A model generated the notes under the pieces. The model saw only the letters and a program-made list of their open reading frames with translations, searched no databases and was not told where the DNA came from. 64,000 nucleotides of DNA from NCBI GenBank assembly GCA_002269645.1, contig NIVC01000690.1, positions 413,196 through 477,195 of the forward strand. Direction: 5' to 3'. Origin of the DNA: Macrostomum lignano. Lineage: Eukaryota. The position numbers and the translations under genes are program-made. Positions 34,482-46,959 of this stretch are shown one piece after another; within the stretch, counting starts at the first letter, position 1, and each line of letters starts with the position of its first letter.

Positions 34482-35628
34482 CTGTAAGTAAAATCATGCT
34501 TTGTATTTAAATCCATTAAAAAGAGTTAATTTTTTACAAATAAACTTACTTTACTTGACGACGCTTTCGACCTCTGGGCCTTAAAAGCAGGAAGAGAAAG
34601 TGTCTGAATAAAGCATTTCAAAGCTTAAAGTGTAAGTCAAAGGTAAATTCAATGCGCTCATTTAGCCAGGCACTGTAGAGTTTTGATGCTTTGTTATACT
34701 TTGCAACAGAAATGCACAGTTTCGCAATAAGCGCACAAGGACCAGTGAAATAACTTGTGCAGAGGTCCTTGTAACAACAATAGATGTAGGTTGAATATCA
34801 ATATAGTACAACGAAATCAAATCAAGTCAATCAAGACAATTATTTCTTACATTTTATCCTCCAATTTTAGCACCAGAATCCTTTAGGATGGAAATCTGAT
34901 TGAAAGCGAACCAAAAACGGAAAATCTTGCAACTTTTCCGAGCATATTTATAAGGCTGAATGTACTGTTAAAGTATATTTAGACATTACGCACGAAAGTT
35001 CAGTTTGATGAGTTTCAAGTCTAATTTTATTCTTGAATTCACATACTTAGCTACCTAAAACAAGGAGCTAATAAAACTTCCATAATTATATGCGTTCTTT
35101 AGATAGCTAGTACTTTATCAGCAATATAGTTGGTCCAAAAACCGTGGAAATTCCGCGGTTTTTTCATTTGTATTAATTGCGCAAAGATGCTTAATAACAC
35201 TATCTGTGACCTTCATCGTGATTAAAATAATCTTTTTTATGCATACTAGAGAAAATGTGTCCTGTCAAAAATAACTATACATTTCATTTGAGCGCAGTTC
35301 CAGGTCAACCAGTAAGTCAAGAATTCAGTTTTGAGAAATGTTTTAGAGTGATCCTGATTTATTTTTTCTTATACTGAAAGGTATGAGTGTAATTACTGAT
35401 TGAGTTTAAGTCAAATTTGCAAATATGATATGTATCGCAATATAATACTAATAAAATAAGTAAATATGAGACGAAGGTAAATATTGATCCCACACCAGTT
35501 TAAAAAATTAAAACGAAGTGCTTCTATGTTCTGATAGGGTCTGTGCCTTTAAAGACTAATATTGGCCTTCAACTTCGAATGAAAACCAAGTTGGAGAATA
35601 ATATTACACTCGTGGCTTGCGAGATCAA

Positions 35629-38600
35629 TCAAGCCCGGGAGACGCCCGTCGCTCCTCTCCCTCCGCTCATCAGTTCGGCCACGGACCACCTGTTCGCTGC
35701 CTCGGTGCAGTACTCTGGCGCTTCGCCGTGACGCAGCGTCAGCCTCAGGCACTGCTCCATAGATGGCGGCGTCAGCGGCCTTCCCAGAGCGGACTCGAGG
35801 AAAGCGACCAAAGGTACGAGGTGATTGTCCTGACGGAAGTTGGTGAAGAAGTCCTCCATGAGATGCAGCGTTGCATGAGGCTCAGGCAGCTTGAGATTGT
35901 TGGTTTTCAGGCTCTCGTTGAACATCTGCTGTCCTGTTTTATGCGGTTGAACGGTCGTATTATGAAATGTCGCAACTATTTTTTGCTATTTGGCTTTTAA
36001 ACTTTCCCCAATTTTCTTCATTTTTCAACTACTTCTTTTCAATAACTGCTTCTCAGACTGTCCTTTTCAGACTGTCCTCCTCAGACTGTCCTTCTCAGAC
36101 TGTCCCTCTCAGACTGTCCTTCTCAGACTGTCCCTCTCAGACTGTCCTTCTCAGACTGTCCTCAGACTGTCCTTTTCAGACTGTCCTTCTCAGACTCTCC
36201 TTTCAGACTGTCTTTAGACTCTCAGGCTTTCCTTTTCAACCAAGCTCTTTCTCACCCTCTCCTCCACTTATCCTTATGCACGTGTTGCTTGCACTATATT
36301 ATAAACTTATGGTTCGAACTCTGCAATAACTACTGTCAGCAGAGAAGCGGCTCACTGTTAGGCAGCCGCTTGTAGTGATACAGCACCGGGTGCAAGAAGT
36401 TGCACTCGTAGCCAAAAGCGATATCGCAGCCGGCACGTCTCTCGTGAAACGTGTCAGCTCTGGCGCCTGAGAAATTCTTGCCGTACTCGAACTGGAACAC
36501 GATCACGTCGGTGCCCTCGTCGACTGGATGCCCAGTGATGCGTGGCAGAATGTGAAGCGTCCGGGATGGAACTTCCTCTAGCAGGGTGAAACTCGTTCGG
36601 TCTCTGTTTTAAAAAAGTTGATAAATTTAGTGCAAAAAACTGATGTTTAGTCTACTCATCGGGGCGGTCGCTAGGCCAGGGTATGTCCGATCCACTCTCC
36701 AGAAGCTGCACCTCCTGTCTTTTCCTCTTCCCATCCTTTTCCAAAAGTGTAGGGATCCAACGAGCAATAAAATTAGAACTAAAAAAGATTTCTGTTTAGA
36801 CCCCGCGGATAAAATTCTGCTAAGGGGGGTGGTATCGAAAAAAATGACCTGATTTAATGGTGTCGTATGCAGGATGTACAGCGATACCGCGATCCTATAG
36901 GTGTAAATCGCGCGAAACTCTATTGAAGCCAGAAGGTGCCATGCGGTCTCGCCAACTTTTTTAGGGGGCTCGAGCAGTGCGCTCCTTTTCAATACTACCA
37001 TAGAAGCTATGGTGAGGCTTTCGCTACTGATAGTAATAATTAAAGCATTTAAACTCACTTATCCACCAGAACAATATCGCTGAGAAAGGAAAACATCTGG
37101 TAGGTACCAGAGCCTTCGTTGATTCGTTTCACTAGGGCGTCAATCAAACCCATTAATGGTCTCCGCGTTCCCGGCCATTTGTTTCCATGACGACGATTTT
37201 CCAAGTAGCGATGCAACGCTCGAGCCGTGTAGCGAAATCCGTGAATAAAACCGCCGGCAGCCTCGCGAAAGTCCAAGCCGTGCGTCATCGTGCCGGCGTA
37301 GAAAATCCCGGGCACATCGGACGATTCGAACTGGTGGGAGATGCGCGGGTACTTGTTCCGGTGGGTCGACGTCTGACTCAGGGGCGCTGTGACGTCGGCA
37401 TCCCAGGTGAAGCCGGTGGCTCGAATGATAATGTCGTAGCAATACTGCTGCTCCTTGATCCGGGTCTCCAGGCCGTCACGAGGGTTGCCCTCCGGCGGTT
37501 GAAGACAGAACTCGCCAGTTGAACGTCGGGAGATTCCTATGGATTCTGGATGATTTTGGAGCAAGCTTGCCTATAGATTTTCAACAACCACCCTCGATGA
37601 AGCTTATGGGCGATCAACTAGCTGTAAGAGAACCTGTTGAGTTTTTCATTCAGATGTGTCTTGCTAGGCGCTTGTCGTCAGGTAAGTCAAGGCAATAGTA
37701 ATATTAGGAGTGAATAACGTGAATAATATGCTTTGAAAGTGACATCTTGAAATTAAAAATGAATCTGTAATTGTCAAGAACTCATACTCATAGGTTCTGA
37801 AGAAGAATATGATTTGCCAACTTGCAACAACGAGTACTTTAATAATTACTGCATTATTTCCGCACCGGCTTTAGAATGAGTGCCATTTGCGAATATAAAA
37901 TTATTTGATAAATGATATAACGAGTGTAAGATATGAAAAAGCTATTGAGGCAAAGTTTTTTTAATCAAAAAAGCGATTGATAAAAATTCTACTGCATAAT
38001 TTTGTAGAATACCTGTGACCTAAGCAAATAGCCAAGCCTCAGTAAAAGTGTCTCTTCAACGATGAGGATTTTTTCTCCCGAACCGACTGTTGGCGATGCG
38101 GAACGGCTTAAAAATTCTTATTTATATTCTGGAGAGTCTGAAGCGTTAAGCAAATTCTGGATGGTTAGGTAAATATTGAAATGCCAGGTAGCAATGGAAT
38201 CTTGGAGTTTTCTGCTTCTCCCGCATGACTGCAACTTCAAACCTGTACTTTATAGCATATTCTTAGAAATGTTCAAGGAATGCATCCAAAAACAAATTTA
38301 CGACTCGTATAAGTTAGCTGATTTGCGCAACTCACCGCTCTCAAACATGCCATCCAACGACTTCAGCTGATAAGTGTCCAGCAGCTCGTTGTTGACAGCT
38401 CGGACGTCTCCAACGTAGTGCGTGCTCCAGGCGAACCTGACGGCATGCCTTCCAGCCATGTGCAGGAACCGAGTGTTGCCGTAAATGTGTTGAGCAGTCT
38501 CGAATGCCGAGTTGCCCTTACCAATTATCAGCACCCGTTTGCCTTCAAAGTCGGACGCGTTCACGGACACCTTGTCGTAGCCGATGGTGTGCTCAGCTCC

Positions 38601-39143
38601 CACAAAGTCCGGCTTTCGTAGGTTTGGTAAACCGGTTGCCATGACAACCACTTTGCAAGAGTAGTTCCTGGAACCGGTAGTGTTCAAGCGAAAATTCTCT
38701 CTAGCGAGCTTCTCGACGGAAGCCACGGGGGTGTTGAAGTCGACTTTGAGGCCTAATTTGGTTTTATAATCGTTCAAGTACTTAACGAGCACTTCCTTCT
38801 GTGGAAACATGATGCTGCTGTAGTGCCGCAGCTGGAGACTCGGATCGTCGCTAATAAGGCTGTTCCAGTCGTGCCGCAGAGTGTACTCGGTGTTGGAGGA
38901 ATCCGTCCAGCGCTTGTTGATGCTAATCAGCTTGCCGTGGCGCGGGTACACCGTGAAGAACGAGCCGGCGATGCTTGCCCTCTCGATCACAACGTAGTCC
39001 CTCTTGGCGCGTTGCATGAAGTACGCCAGCTGCAGCCCGGCTGGACCAGCGCCCACGATGCAGTACTCCACCGACTTCACCTCCGTGTCAGCAGCTTCAC
39101 TGCTTCCGGCCAGAAAAACTATCAGAATCAAAATCGGCAGCAT
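35629..39143 (-). CDS. FOXRED2: FAD-dependent oxidoreductase domain-containing protein 2 (FOXRED2/ERFAD-like), 4 exons, ~615 aa
   Basis: Exons 39143-38336, ~37545-37059, 36603-36356, 35933-35629. Signal-peptide-like MLPILILIVFLAGSSEA, GAGPAGLQ, RHDWNSL, GKGNSAFE, THYVGDVRAVNN..LDTYQLKSLDG, AGGFIHGFRYT, EYGKNFSG, NFLHPVLY. The exon-2 acceptor (37545 vs 37536) is uncertain. Confidence 0.9.
36050..36222. repeat. CTCAGACTGTCCTT-type minisatellite (~16-19 bp), FOXRED2 intron 3
   Basis: About 10 tandem copies. Confidence 0.9.
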
Positions 39144-40395
39144 TGTTCACGTTGGGTTTTTCTCCGCAAAAATGCTCTGACTAAAAGGAATGTTCGACTA
39201 CTGCTTTCCTGCTTTTGAATAGAAGACGCTTTATTTGAACTCGTAGAGCTATTGTTCTCAAGAACAATCTGAGACCTATAGAAAAGCAGGAAAACAGACC
39301 CTGTGCAAAGAGGCTGCTGCACATTTTCTCTGGCCTGTTGTTCAACACGCGGCAATATGACTGTGCGTTTCTAGCCTCATCATGCACGCTACTGAGGCTA
39401 GCTCGCTCTCTGAAATATGTGGTCTATTCGAATATCTCTGCGAGAGACGAACATTCGCAGCAGGAAATCATCAAACTGCGGCGAAAGTAAAAAAATGGCA
39501 AGACAGTGGTGGCACGAAACCAAACCTCTGCGCGAACCAAAATTTGCAGACGAATTTATTGTTGCGAATCTGAGCAAACCAAAGACTCACAGGCGGAGAC
39601 AAGACTAAATAAATAACACCCGCGCTTGAGCAGCCCCCAGTACACTGACCCAGGGCCTGCATGCACCCCACTGACCCACCCCAGCCAAGCCAGCCACCTC
39701 AACCCGCAGTTTAAACGAGTTTACCACCAACACAGTGGCAAGGGTTAAACAGAACAATATAAGATGCGAACATGGATACACAGGAATGCATTTGGTTGCT
39801 GTGCTTCTCTGGGTTAGATAGACTATACAGAGTATTTACAGCTTTGCTAGAATATGCCAGATTTAAAAACTAAAGATAGAATATGACGGAGCACTATCCA
39901 TTGACCTCGGGCTTTGCTTTTATGGAGCAGTATAGCCATTCAAATAGCAATATTGAAATTCTAAATGCATGCATTAGATTACTGCAAGGGCTTTCGCCAT
40001 CGGGGAACAGGAAGGAACAGAAGGAAGGAGTTTTTTTCGCTTATGATTATTGAATTGTCTTCTCCTGGTATGCTGTTTTACCTACGTATAATAGCTAGGT
40101 TTCTTCAAATTCTTTTCTTCTGGTAGAAGCAACCTCGACAGTTAAAGATACACTTCGATAGCACGGTCGCACAAAGGGCCAGTCACCATCAAGTATCGTC
40201 ACCTTGAAATAGTTTGGAGTCATCTTCAACTAATACTAGTACTCATATTTTTACACAGAAGCACCTTCAAGTAGTTCAAATTTAATCAAAGCAGTTCGAG
40301 TCACCCATCGAGCCCCTGCTACTTTCTGGGGTAGCTACTAATACCGGTACGAGGCTACGAACGTACTGATCTGGGGATCCCCTTACTCATGAGGT

Positions 40396-41601
40396 TCAAC
40401 TACTACCACAACCGGCAGAAGACGGAGGGCAGTACATCTTGATTCCGTACTTGCTGCTCTTCGTTGGGATGTACTGCTTGAACAACAGTCTTCCCTTGTA
40501 CAGCACGAGACTTTCGTCAATCGAGAGCCGCTGACGAGGCATATAGTTGTTGCTGCACAGCTGCTTAGCCTGTTGCAGAAAAGGCTGCATCTTAGCCAAG
40601 GGACCCCCATGCAGAGCCTCAGTGCAATCGTAAAAACGCAAACAGGACAAGATCTGCTTGAACCTGTCTCTAGGAAGAGAACAAGGCTCAGCAAGAAATG
40701 CACAGTGATAAGCCGGATCTTGCGACCAATAGCTCGATATTTCAGGCTTTTTGTCCAGTCCCATCAGCAAAACAATTCCGATCAATTTTCTTACTTCATT
40801 AACCGTGCAGTCCTTCCAGTTCAGCACAAAATTTGGGACTGCTCCACCGTCAAAGTTATCCTCATAGGTCTTCCAAGCCTTTGCGTTTGTCCAGTTCTTG
40901 ATGTTCTCCATCAACCCGTCCGTCAAATACAGCTTGATAAAATCACTCTCGTTTCCGTCGGCGATCTCAGGAAGCTGCAAATCGGGCCTGACTCCTGGTA
41001 CTCCGAGGAACTCAGGCAGAGGTGCTGGCCTGGCATCAGCGCCATCTTCAACAAGATGCCACTGTTCTCCTACGAGTAACTCATCATGCTCTTCTTCCTG
41101 GTCACTGTGGGGACGTTCAACTTCGGATCCGTCAATTGACTCATCATCAGCAGTGAACCAGCTCACGTCCGAGTCTCCGTCAAAGTCTAACGCCATGTAA
41201 TGGTTCTCAGGAGCGAGTTGCTTGGTGCTTTGGGTAGACAGAGGATTAAAATATCCAATTGTATAATAAGAATGTTTCTGTATTTCTGAAGCAGGTCTTT
41301 GGCAGAACTAATATAAGCACGACAGTGATTTCAATAAATATCTATGGCCGAAAGTAGTGCCCTTTTCATATTTCCCTGTATGGTTTGCTCATGAATGAAA
41401 GACATGCAGCCATAGCATTTGGTCCCCAGCCATAGACAAATTATCTTTTGGTTAAGCGGCTTTGTTACATACGGGTATACTAGCTGCCGTCTGGAACGGG
41501 GGGGTAGAAATTCTGACACTCATACACTTGGCACGAAATCGTGCCAGACAGCCGTCGGCAAAGGGTGTGACGCATTTTTTGGTTCGTCGCGTAGAGGTTA
41601 A
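40396..41601 (-). mobile_element. Truncated piggyBac (PGBD4-like, DDE_Tnp_1_7) element retaining one terminus
   Basis: 266-aa ORF with FIKLYLT, NWKDCT..E, IGIVLLMG, YWSQD, RDRFKQILSCLRF, SIDESLVLYKGRL.FKQYIPTKSSKYGIK; similarity breaks at ~40428. Terminus TTAA-CCTCTACGCGACG at 41601-41585 with palindrome GGCACGAAATCGTGCC. Confidence 0.88.
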
Positions 41602-42529
41602 CTTAGTTTCAGAAAAAATTTTACAGCTTTGAAATCAACAGACTCCTTTCGTAACGCTCACTTTCTGCCAGAAAGTCCCCCTCAGTGCAAACCAAAATCA
41701 AGTCTGTTTGTTTGATGAGTACACTCAAGCGAGACGAGGGAGAAAAGGGAAAAGGAAAATGAGATGCATTCAGGTGGTAAAATATATTGTCGTGCCTATG
41801 AGAGGGACAGACTTAAGCAAAGCAAGGCTAAGTGAGTTATCGCGTCTTATGCTGGACTTTATTCAATATAAGTTCGCATGATCATGGAGCAAGATTTCTA
41901 TGCAAATAATAACACCCAGAAGTCCATGTCGCCAAGTTTCTCCCTGCCGTTTAGTTTTATCAGTAATTTTCTTTACCAGTCATCTAAGACTCACTCAAGG
42001 TTTCTATATTATGCTCTTGACAACCTGAATTTCTACTAATGTTACCTGTTACACAACCAAACAAAAGACTGGCTTGGAAAAATGCTCTTGTCTCCTCTCC
42101 CTAGAGTTGAAGGGCTGACAATGCTGCATGCAGTGCGGACTTCTGAGCTTGCAATATAATCTCTATTCTGTTGTTTGCCTTTGATTGAATACTCATTAAT
42201 TTTGGACTGACGCGTGAGAAGGAAGCGTTTACTGGCATGGGTTGAATGCATTTTGTGAGGGGATGGGATGAAATGCATTGGACTGGAGAATGCGGGAGGT
42301 TGCGAGGCAGCAGCAGCTCTGCAGATGAAATTTCAAGAACCAATGGGATTCCCCCTGATTAGGAGCTCTCATGCAGGGTTTTTAAATTGTCACGCCGTCG
42401 CTCCCGCATCTAGAAAGAAAAGAAGGTGTGAATAAAATGCTCAACAGTCTGCTACACGATATAACTTGACGATACAAATGAAAAGTCTGTATTTTAAGTC
42501 TAAAAGTTCTGAAGTGTTCAACTAAAGCG

Positions 42530-44380
42530 ATGTCTTCTGCTCCGGAATCGTCTTTTAACAGCGAACTCGATAGCAAGATTAAAATCAGTGTCAGCGATCA
42601 CAATAGAGAAGACGAAGCGTCGTCTAAATTGGACCCGACAAACGAGAAGACGAAAAATGAGGAGGCCAAGGAGATTCTCTTGCGATTCTGTCGGAACACG
42701 AGCCTTCGCGGAATACCAAGAATTGTGTCAGCAGATTCAAGACTGTTACGCTGCCTTTGGCTATTCTGCGTTACCGCTCTGGTAATAGCTTGTTCAGTGA
42801 ATCTCTACCAAATAGTCTCGCTGTACTTTGCCTATGACGTTGTCCAGATGCCTGTGTTCTCCGAGCGTCCAGACGCCGCCTTTCCTTCCATCACGGTGTG
42901 CAACCAGATTCCATTGTCAGTTCAGGGTCGGAAGCGCATCTATAAGAACGGTTGGCGACCGCCGAGAAAGTTCTGGAACGCTGTACTACAATCGCGATTC
43001 AGTGTTCAGCGCCTGAACCTTTCGACGGAAAAAAGTCGTTTGGTTGCAACTTACTTGCCTGGACTGTTTTCTCTCAATGGCTACTTTGCCAATCTGCCGC
43101 ACGGGCATTCGCCTTCGAACCTCGGCTTCTCTAAGGACCATCTGATTCGCAGCTGCTACCTGCTGGTTCGTAGTCTGGACCCGTCGAGAGAACCTCCCGT
43201 GTCCAGTCCATCCTGCGAATCACTCGGCTTTTGGCGACTAGTGCACGATCAGAACCGGCTCAACTGTTACGCGTTCGCGCTGCGCTCGGAAATTCTTGAC
43301 CCCGTAGTTGAGATGGAGATGCGCCTATTTTTGGGACACGACCTCGGGCTGCCATGCGACGACTGCATCACAATGGACGCGAACACGCAGATCACCGGGG
43401 CCCGAGTGGTCCTGCACGAAAACGGTACCTTCCCCGACATCTCCAAGGAAGGTTTCAATGTCTACCCAGGCACCCTGACTGAAGTCCGTTTCAGCACTAG
43501 TAATTGGACAAGGCTAAAACCGCCCTACGGACGTTGCCAAGACGAGATTCCGAGTCACATAAGTCTGCTTGGTCACAGTTTCGGATACAGCCGCGATGCG
43601 TGCAAGAGAGCGCGTCAACAGGCCAACATTGAGAGGCACTGTGGCTGCACTTTTGCATTTCTGCCTCACTCCGTGGCCAACGCGTCGGCATTCTGTGAGC
43701 GCCTTCAGGACGGCGATGTCAACCATTTTACACCTGAAGGCTTGGCTCATGCCGCTCTGAGAAGTCGGTGCGGCCTATTGGGACTCTTTGATACTGATGA
43801 TGGCATAGCTTGTCCCCAGCCTTGTAGCTCGCTGACATTCGACACTTGGACAACTCAAGCTCGATGGCCGCGCGAGTCCATGCAGCTGCATCTGTTTCAG
43901 AGTGAGCTGTGGCGCGAATCCGGTCTGAAATGGAACGCTACAATACCAGCTGTCAATTATTCGGGTGGATCCAAGGTCAATCAAGCTGAGATGGAAGAGA
44001 ATCTAATCAAACAAATTTATCTCCAAGTAGCAACACAGATTGTTTCAGGCAACAATCTTAAAGCAACTGAGCTTGTTAAGCAACACGGTCTGGTGTCTCG
44101 AAGCTTTCTGACGCTCAAGATCTCTCGTCGAGACTTCACGGTGGTTCAAATGCGAGACAAGCCAGTACGAACTCTGGCCTCGACGCTCAGCCAAATTGGT
44201 GGGTTGCTATCGATGTGGCTGGGACTTACGCTAGTCTGGATCGTGGAACTGCTGGAACTGCTGCTGCGACTTGCTAGCTGGTGCCTGCAGGGTCACCGAC
44301 GCGGCGACAACTCTGAAACCGTTGATTTTGGTGGAAGACATCGACTGCCGCTAATTCAAGTGCGAACTCGCACGACTTAG
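42530..44380 (+). CDS. DEG/ENaC/ASIC-family sodium channel subunit, intronless, 616 aa
   Basis: TM1 (LWLFCVTALVIACSVNL), FPSITVCN, GARVVLH, PPYGRC, Cys-rich thumb, TM2 LSQIGGLLSMWLGLTLVWIVELLE. Confidence 0.93.
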   Translation: MSSAPESSFNSELDSKIKISVSDHNREDEASSKLDPTNEKTKNEEAKEILLRFCRNTSLRGIPRIVSADSRLLRCLWLFCVTALVIACSVNLYQIVSLYFAYDVVQMPVFSERPDAAFPSITVCNQIPLSVQGRKRIYKNGWRPPRKFWNAVLQSRFSVQRLNLSTEKSRLVATYLPGLFSLNGYFANLPHGHSPSNLGFSKDHLIRSCYLLVRSLDPSREPPVSSPSCESLGFWRLVHDQNRLNCYAFALRSEILDPVVEMEMRLFLGHDLGLPCDDCITMDANTQITGARVVLHENGTFPDISKEGFNVYPGTLTEVRFSTSNWTRLKPPYGRCQDEIPSHISLLGHSFGYSRDACKRARQQANIERHCGCTFAFLPHSVANASAFCERLQDGDVNHFTPEGLAHAALRSRCGLLGLFDTDDGIACPQPCSSLTFDTWTTQARWPRESMQLHLFQSELWRESGLKWNATIPAVNYSGGSKVNQAEMEENLIKQIYLQVATQIVSGNNLKATELVKQHGLVSRSFLTLKISRRDFTVVQMRDKPVRTLASTLSQIGGLLSMWLGLTLVWIVELLELLLRLASWCLQGHRRGDNSETVDFGGRHRLPLIQVRTRTT

Positions 44381-46959
44381 TATCGGATTCATTTGTCATT
44401 CCGGTGCTTCATCAACCGACGAAGAGGCTAATTTGGCCCTTAAGTTCACCAAAGGGCACCGACAATGATCCTATACAAGTATAGATTCGAAGACAGACTG
44501 ACCTAACGCATTCCAGTTCGTACCAGTAAACATTGTAGTTTTCTCTTATTCCAAATGTTCGTCTTATTAAATGAATTTTATCGCTGCATGCTCCAATATC
44601 TCGCTTAGCCAATAGTTACCAACATAGAACGTTCGTTGATAATGTTTCTATTTACGAGCTACAACTGTTTGTAACTTGATGATTCAATATGAATAATGTT
44701 TATTTACTCGTAATTTTAAACTATGGAAAATTTTCTCACAACCATACACTTCAATGCTATTTCGTCTATAGCCGATGCTTTTTATCTTGCTCTTTAAGTT
44801 AAAGTTCTCGTCGATAGTTTGCAAATTCAAACTAATTTTGTCGGTAATTTCAACTCCTAAAGCATCAGTGCGTGCGTTTATCCGATTTTATTGCATATTT
44901 ATTCCCCTTACCAATGCTCCGTTCATGATAATTGTCTTGGGGAGTACAATCTATGAAAAAATGCCTGTTTGAAGGTTTTCAGAAAGCAAGTATTTGACGA
45001 AGCAGTAGAATTTCTTGGAGTCTTAAAGCTCTACAAGCAATAAAGGTAAACTTTCTCTTATCAGGCTTATCTTTACCTGCGTATTTATCTACAGTTTTAT
45101 AATCAAACTGATTATGCCGCATCACGCATCTTTGCACAGTGGTAAATATGGTTTAATTTTAAACAACTGTTTTGTCCAATCGATACTAAATGAGCTAGCT
45201 TATCACGGTCGATTATACCATGGTATATTACATCGATTATTCGATCTGTAGCTTCTAAGTCTATCCTGTGTTAGTCGTATGGGTGTCTCATTGTCAATCA
45301 GTATGCGCTTAAACTATGCCATAAAGTTTGAGATTTAAAAAGCATTCATCAGTTAAAGGCGCGTACTTTTCTGCGTGCGACCCCCAAATCGATGTGATTG
45401 AGCCTGGAATTAAACCTATATGGACTTTGTAGCAGCTGACTTACTTAAATTTACTTGAAAAATAAATTACGACGCGCTGCGCACTTACTAATAGTAGTAT
45501 CGGTCTGAACTGAACAGATGCAATACTGATGAGCGATGCCTTGATAGATAATTTAACGATAGAGTAAGTCCCCTGGTACAGGGGTGCCGTATAGTTTAGT
45601 GGTCTAATTCGGCGCTCTGATATGCCAGTGCATGGCCCAGGCTCGATTCAAATTTGGTGCTAAATTACGAGTAATTGGAAACTCGGCTTGTATCTGCTCG
45701 TGCAATAAATGCCTAACGATAAATAAATTTAGGGCCGCTGTACACTCTTGTGTGTGTGTGTGTGTTTGCGCACGGGGCATTTGTTGGGCCATACGCGTAC
45801 AACGGGACCCGCACTGTTGGGCCAAAAAAAATGTTGGGACTGTCCCATCAAGTCCGTCCAACACTTCCAAAAAAGTTACAATAGCAGCTCAAAAAAATAC
45901 TCTATGGATTCAGCTCGACAGCCTCTTTTTGATGGTGCAACTCATTTTTAATAATTTTACTTGCTGTGTCAATAAATAAGCAAAAACTGGCGTCCCAATA
46001 AGTAAAAATGATACAAAATTCGACCAAATCACTATTGGGACACTGAAATGGCTAATCTGCTCCCGCATATTTTTATTGGTTTTTTCTCATATTTTTACTA
46101 ATAGTAGATTTCAAGCGCATTCATTTGCTGCAGTCTTTGTTTTAAGACGTAAATACATAGCATACATTAAAATACATACAAAGCAAAGCATAGCAAAACA
46201 CTTTTAAGGGTATTTTATTGTCAAAGGATGGTTCTGGATGGAGATAAACCTAAAGAAATGACAAGGGCTTAAATTTACTTCTGACTGTGATGGGCATCAG
46301 TACTCTACACGAACTAAATTGTTAGGACAGTGTTGCAGTGTTGAATACAACAGCCCACTCTTGTTAGGACTCATGCTATTGACTGCTGCGCGCATTCGAT
46401 ATTCTATAAATTGTTGGAACTGTGTGCTAGAGTGTCGTTTACAAAAGCCCACTCATATTAGGACTTACCCCATACATGTTAGGACTAAGCCCTACCCCCC
46501 TGTGTACATGGCTCCAATTTACCAGAGTCCCCTTGCTAGTTAGGTGTACATTTATTTTGGTCTATTATTGACGCCACCCCGCAAACGTACGGTAAACAAA
46601 ATTGGCATGTACTCGCCATGCTGAAATCAATGGTCAACTCTGCCTCTGCCATGGCACCCGAGTCACCATGGTATGGAAAGAACAGCATGGAATGGCACAG
46701 CGATAAACATGTAAGTGGTATTAAAAAACTTTGTCGGAAACAAGAAGCATTTATATTTAAATGCTATAAAAAATACTGCTCCTGCTAAGCAGTACCTACC
46801 TTTCCTTCAGGTATATCACCTTTGATCAACTGCCATGTGGCGCAATTGCCAAAGGATCCGTCGACTTTAACCGGTAAGCTGTAAAAGCTTTGAGTAAAAC
46901 TTGACATTTCGTCTGAATCCATTGACATTCAATAGCCTACGTGTCCAACCACAAAAATT

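Noticed and set aside
39725-39748. AGGG-TTAA as the missing second end of the piggyBac
   Set aside because: Wrong orientation and sequence to pair with the CCTCTACGCG terminus at 41597; at best an orphan end of another element.
45570-45660. tRNA-like segment (TAGTTTAGTGG...GGCTCGATTC)
   Set aside because: Degenerate boxes and no consistent cloverleaf; at most a decayed SINE head. A similar weak fragment lies near 17810-17870.
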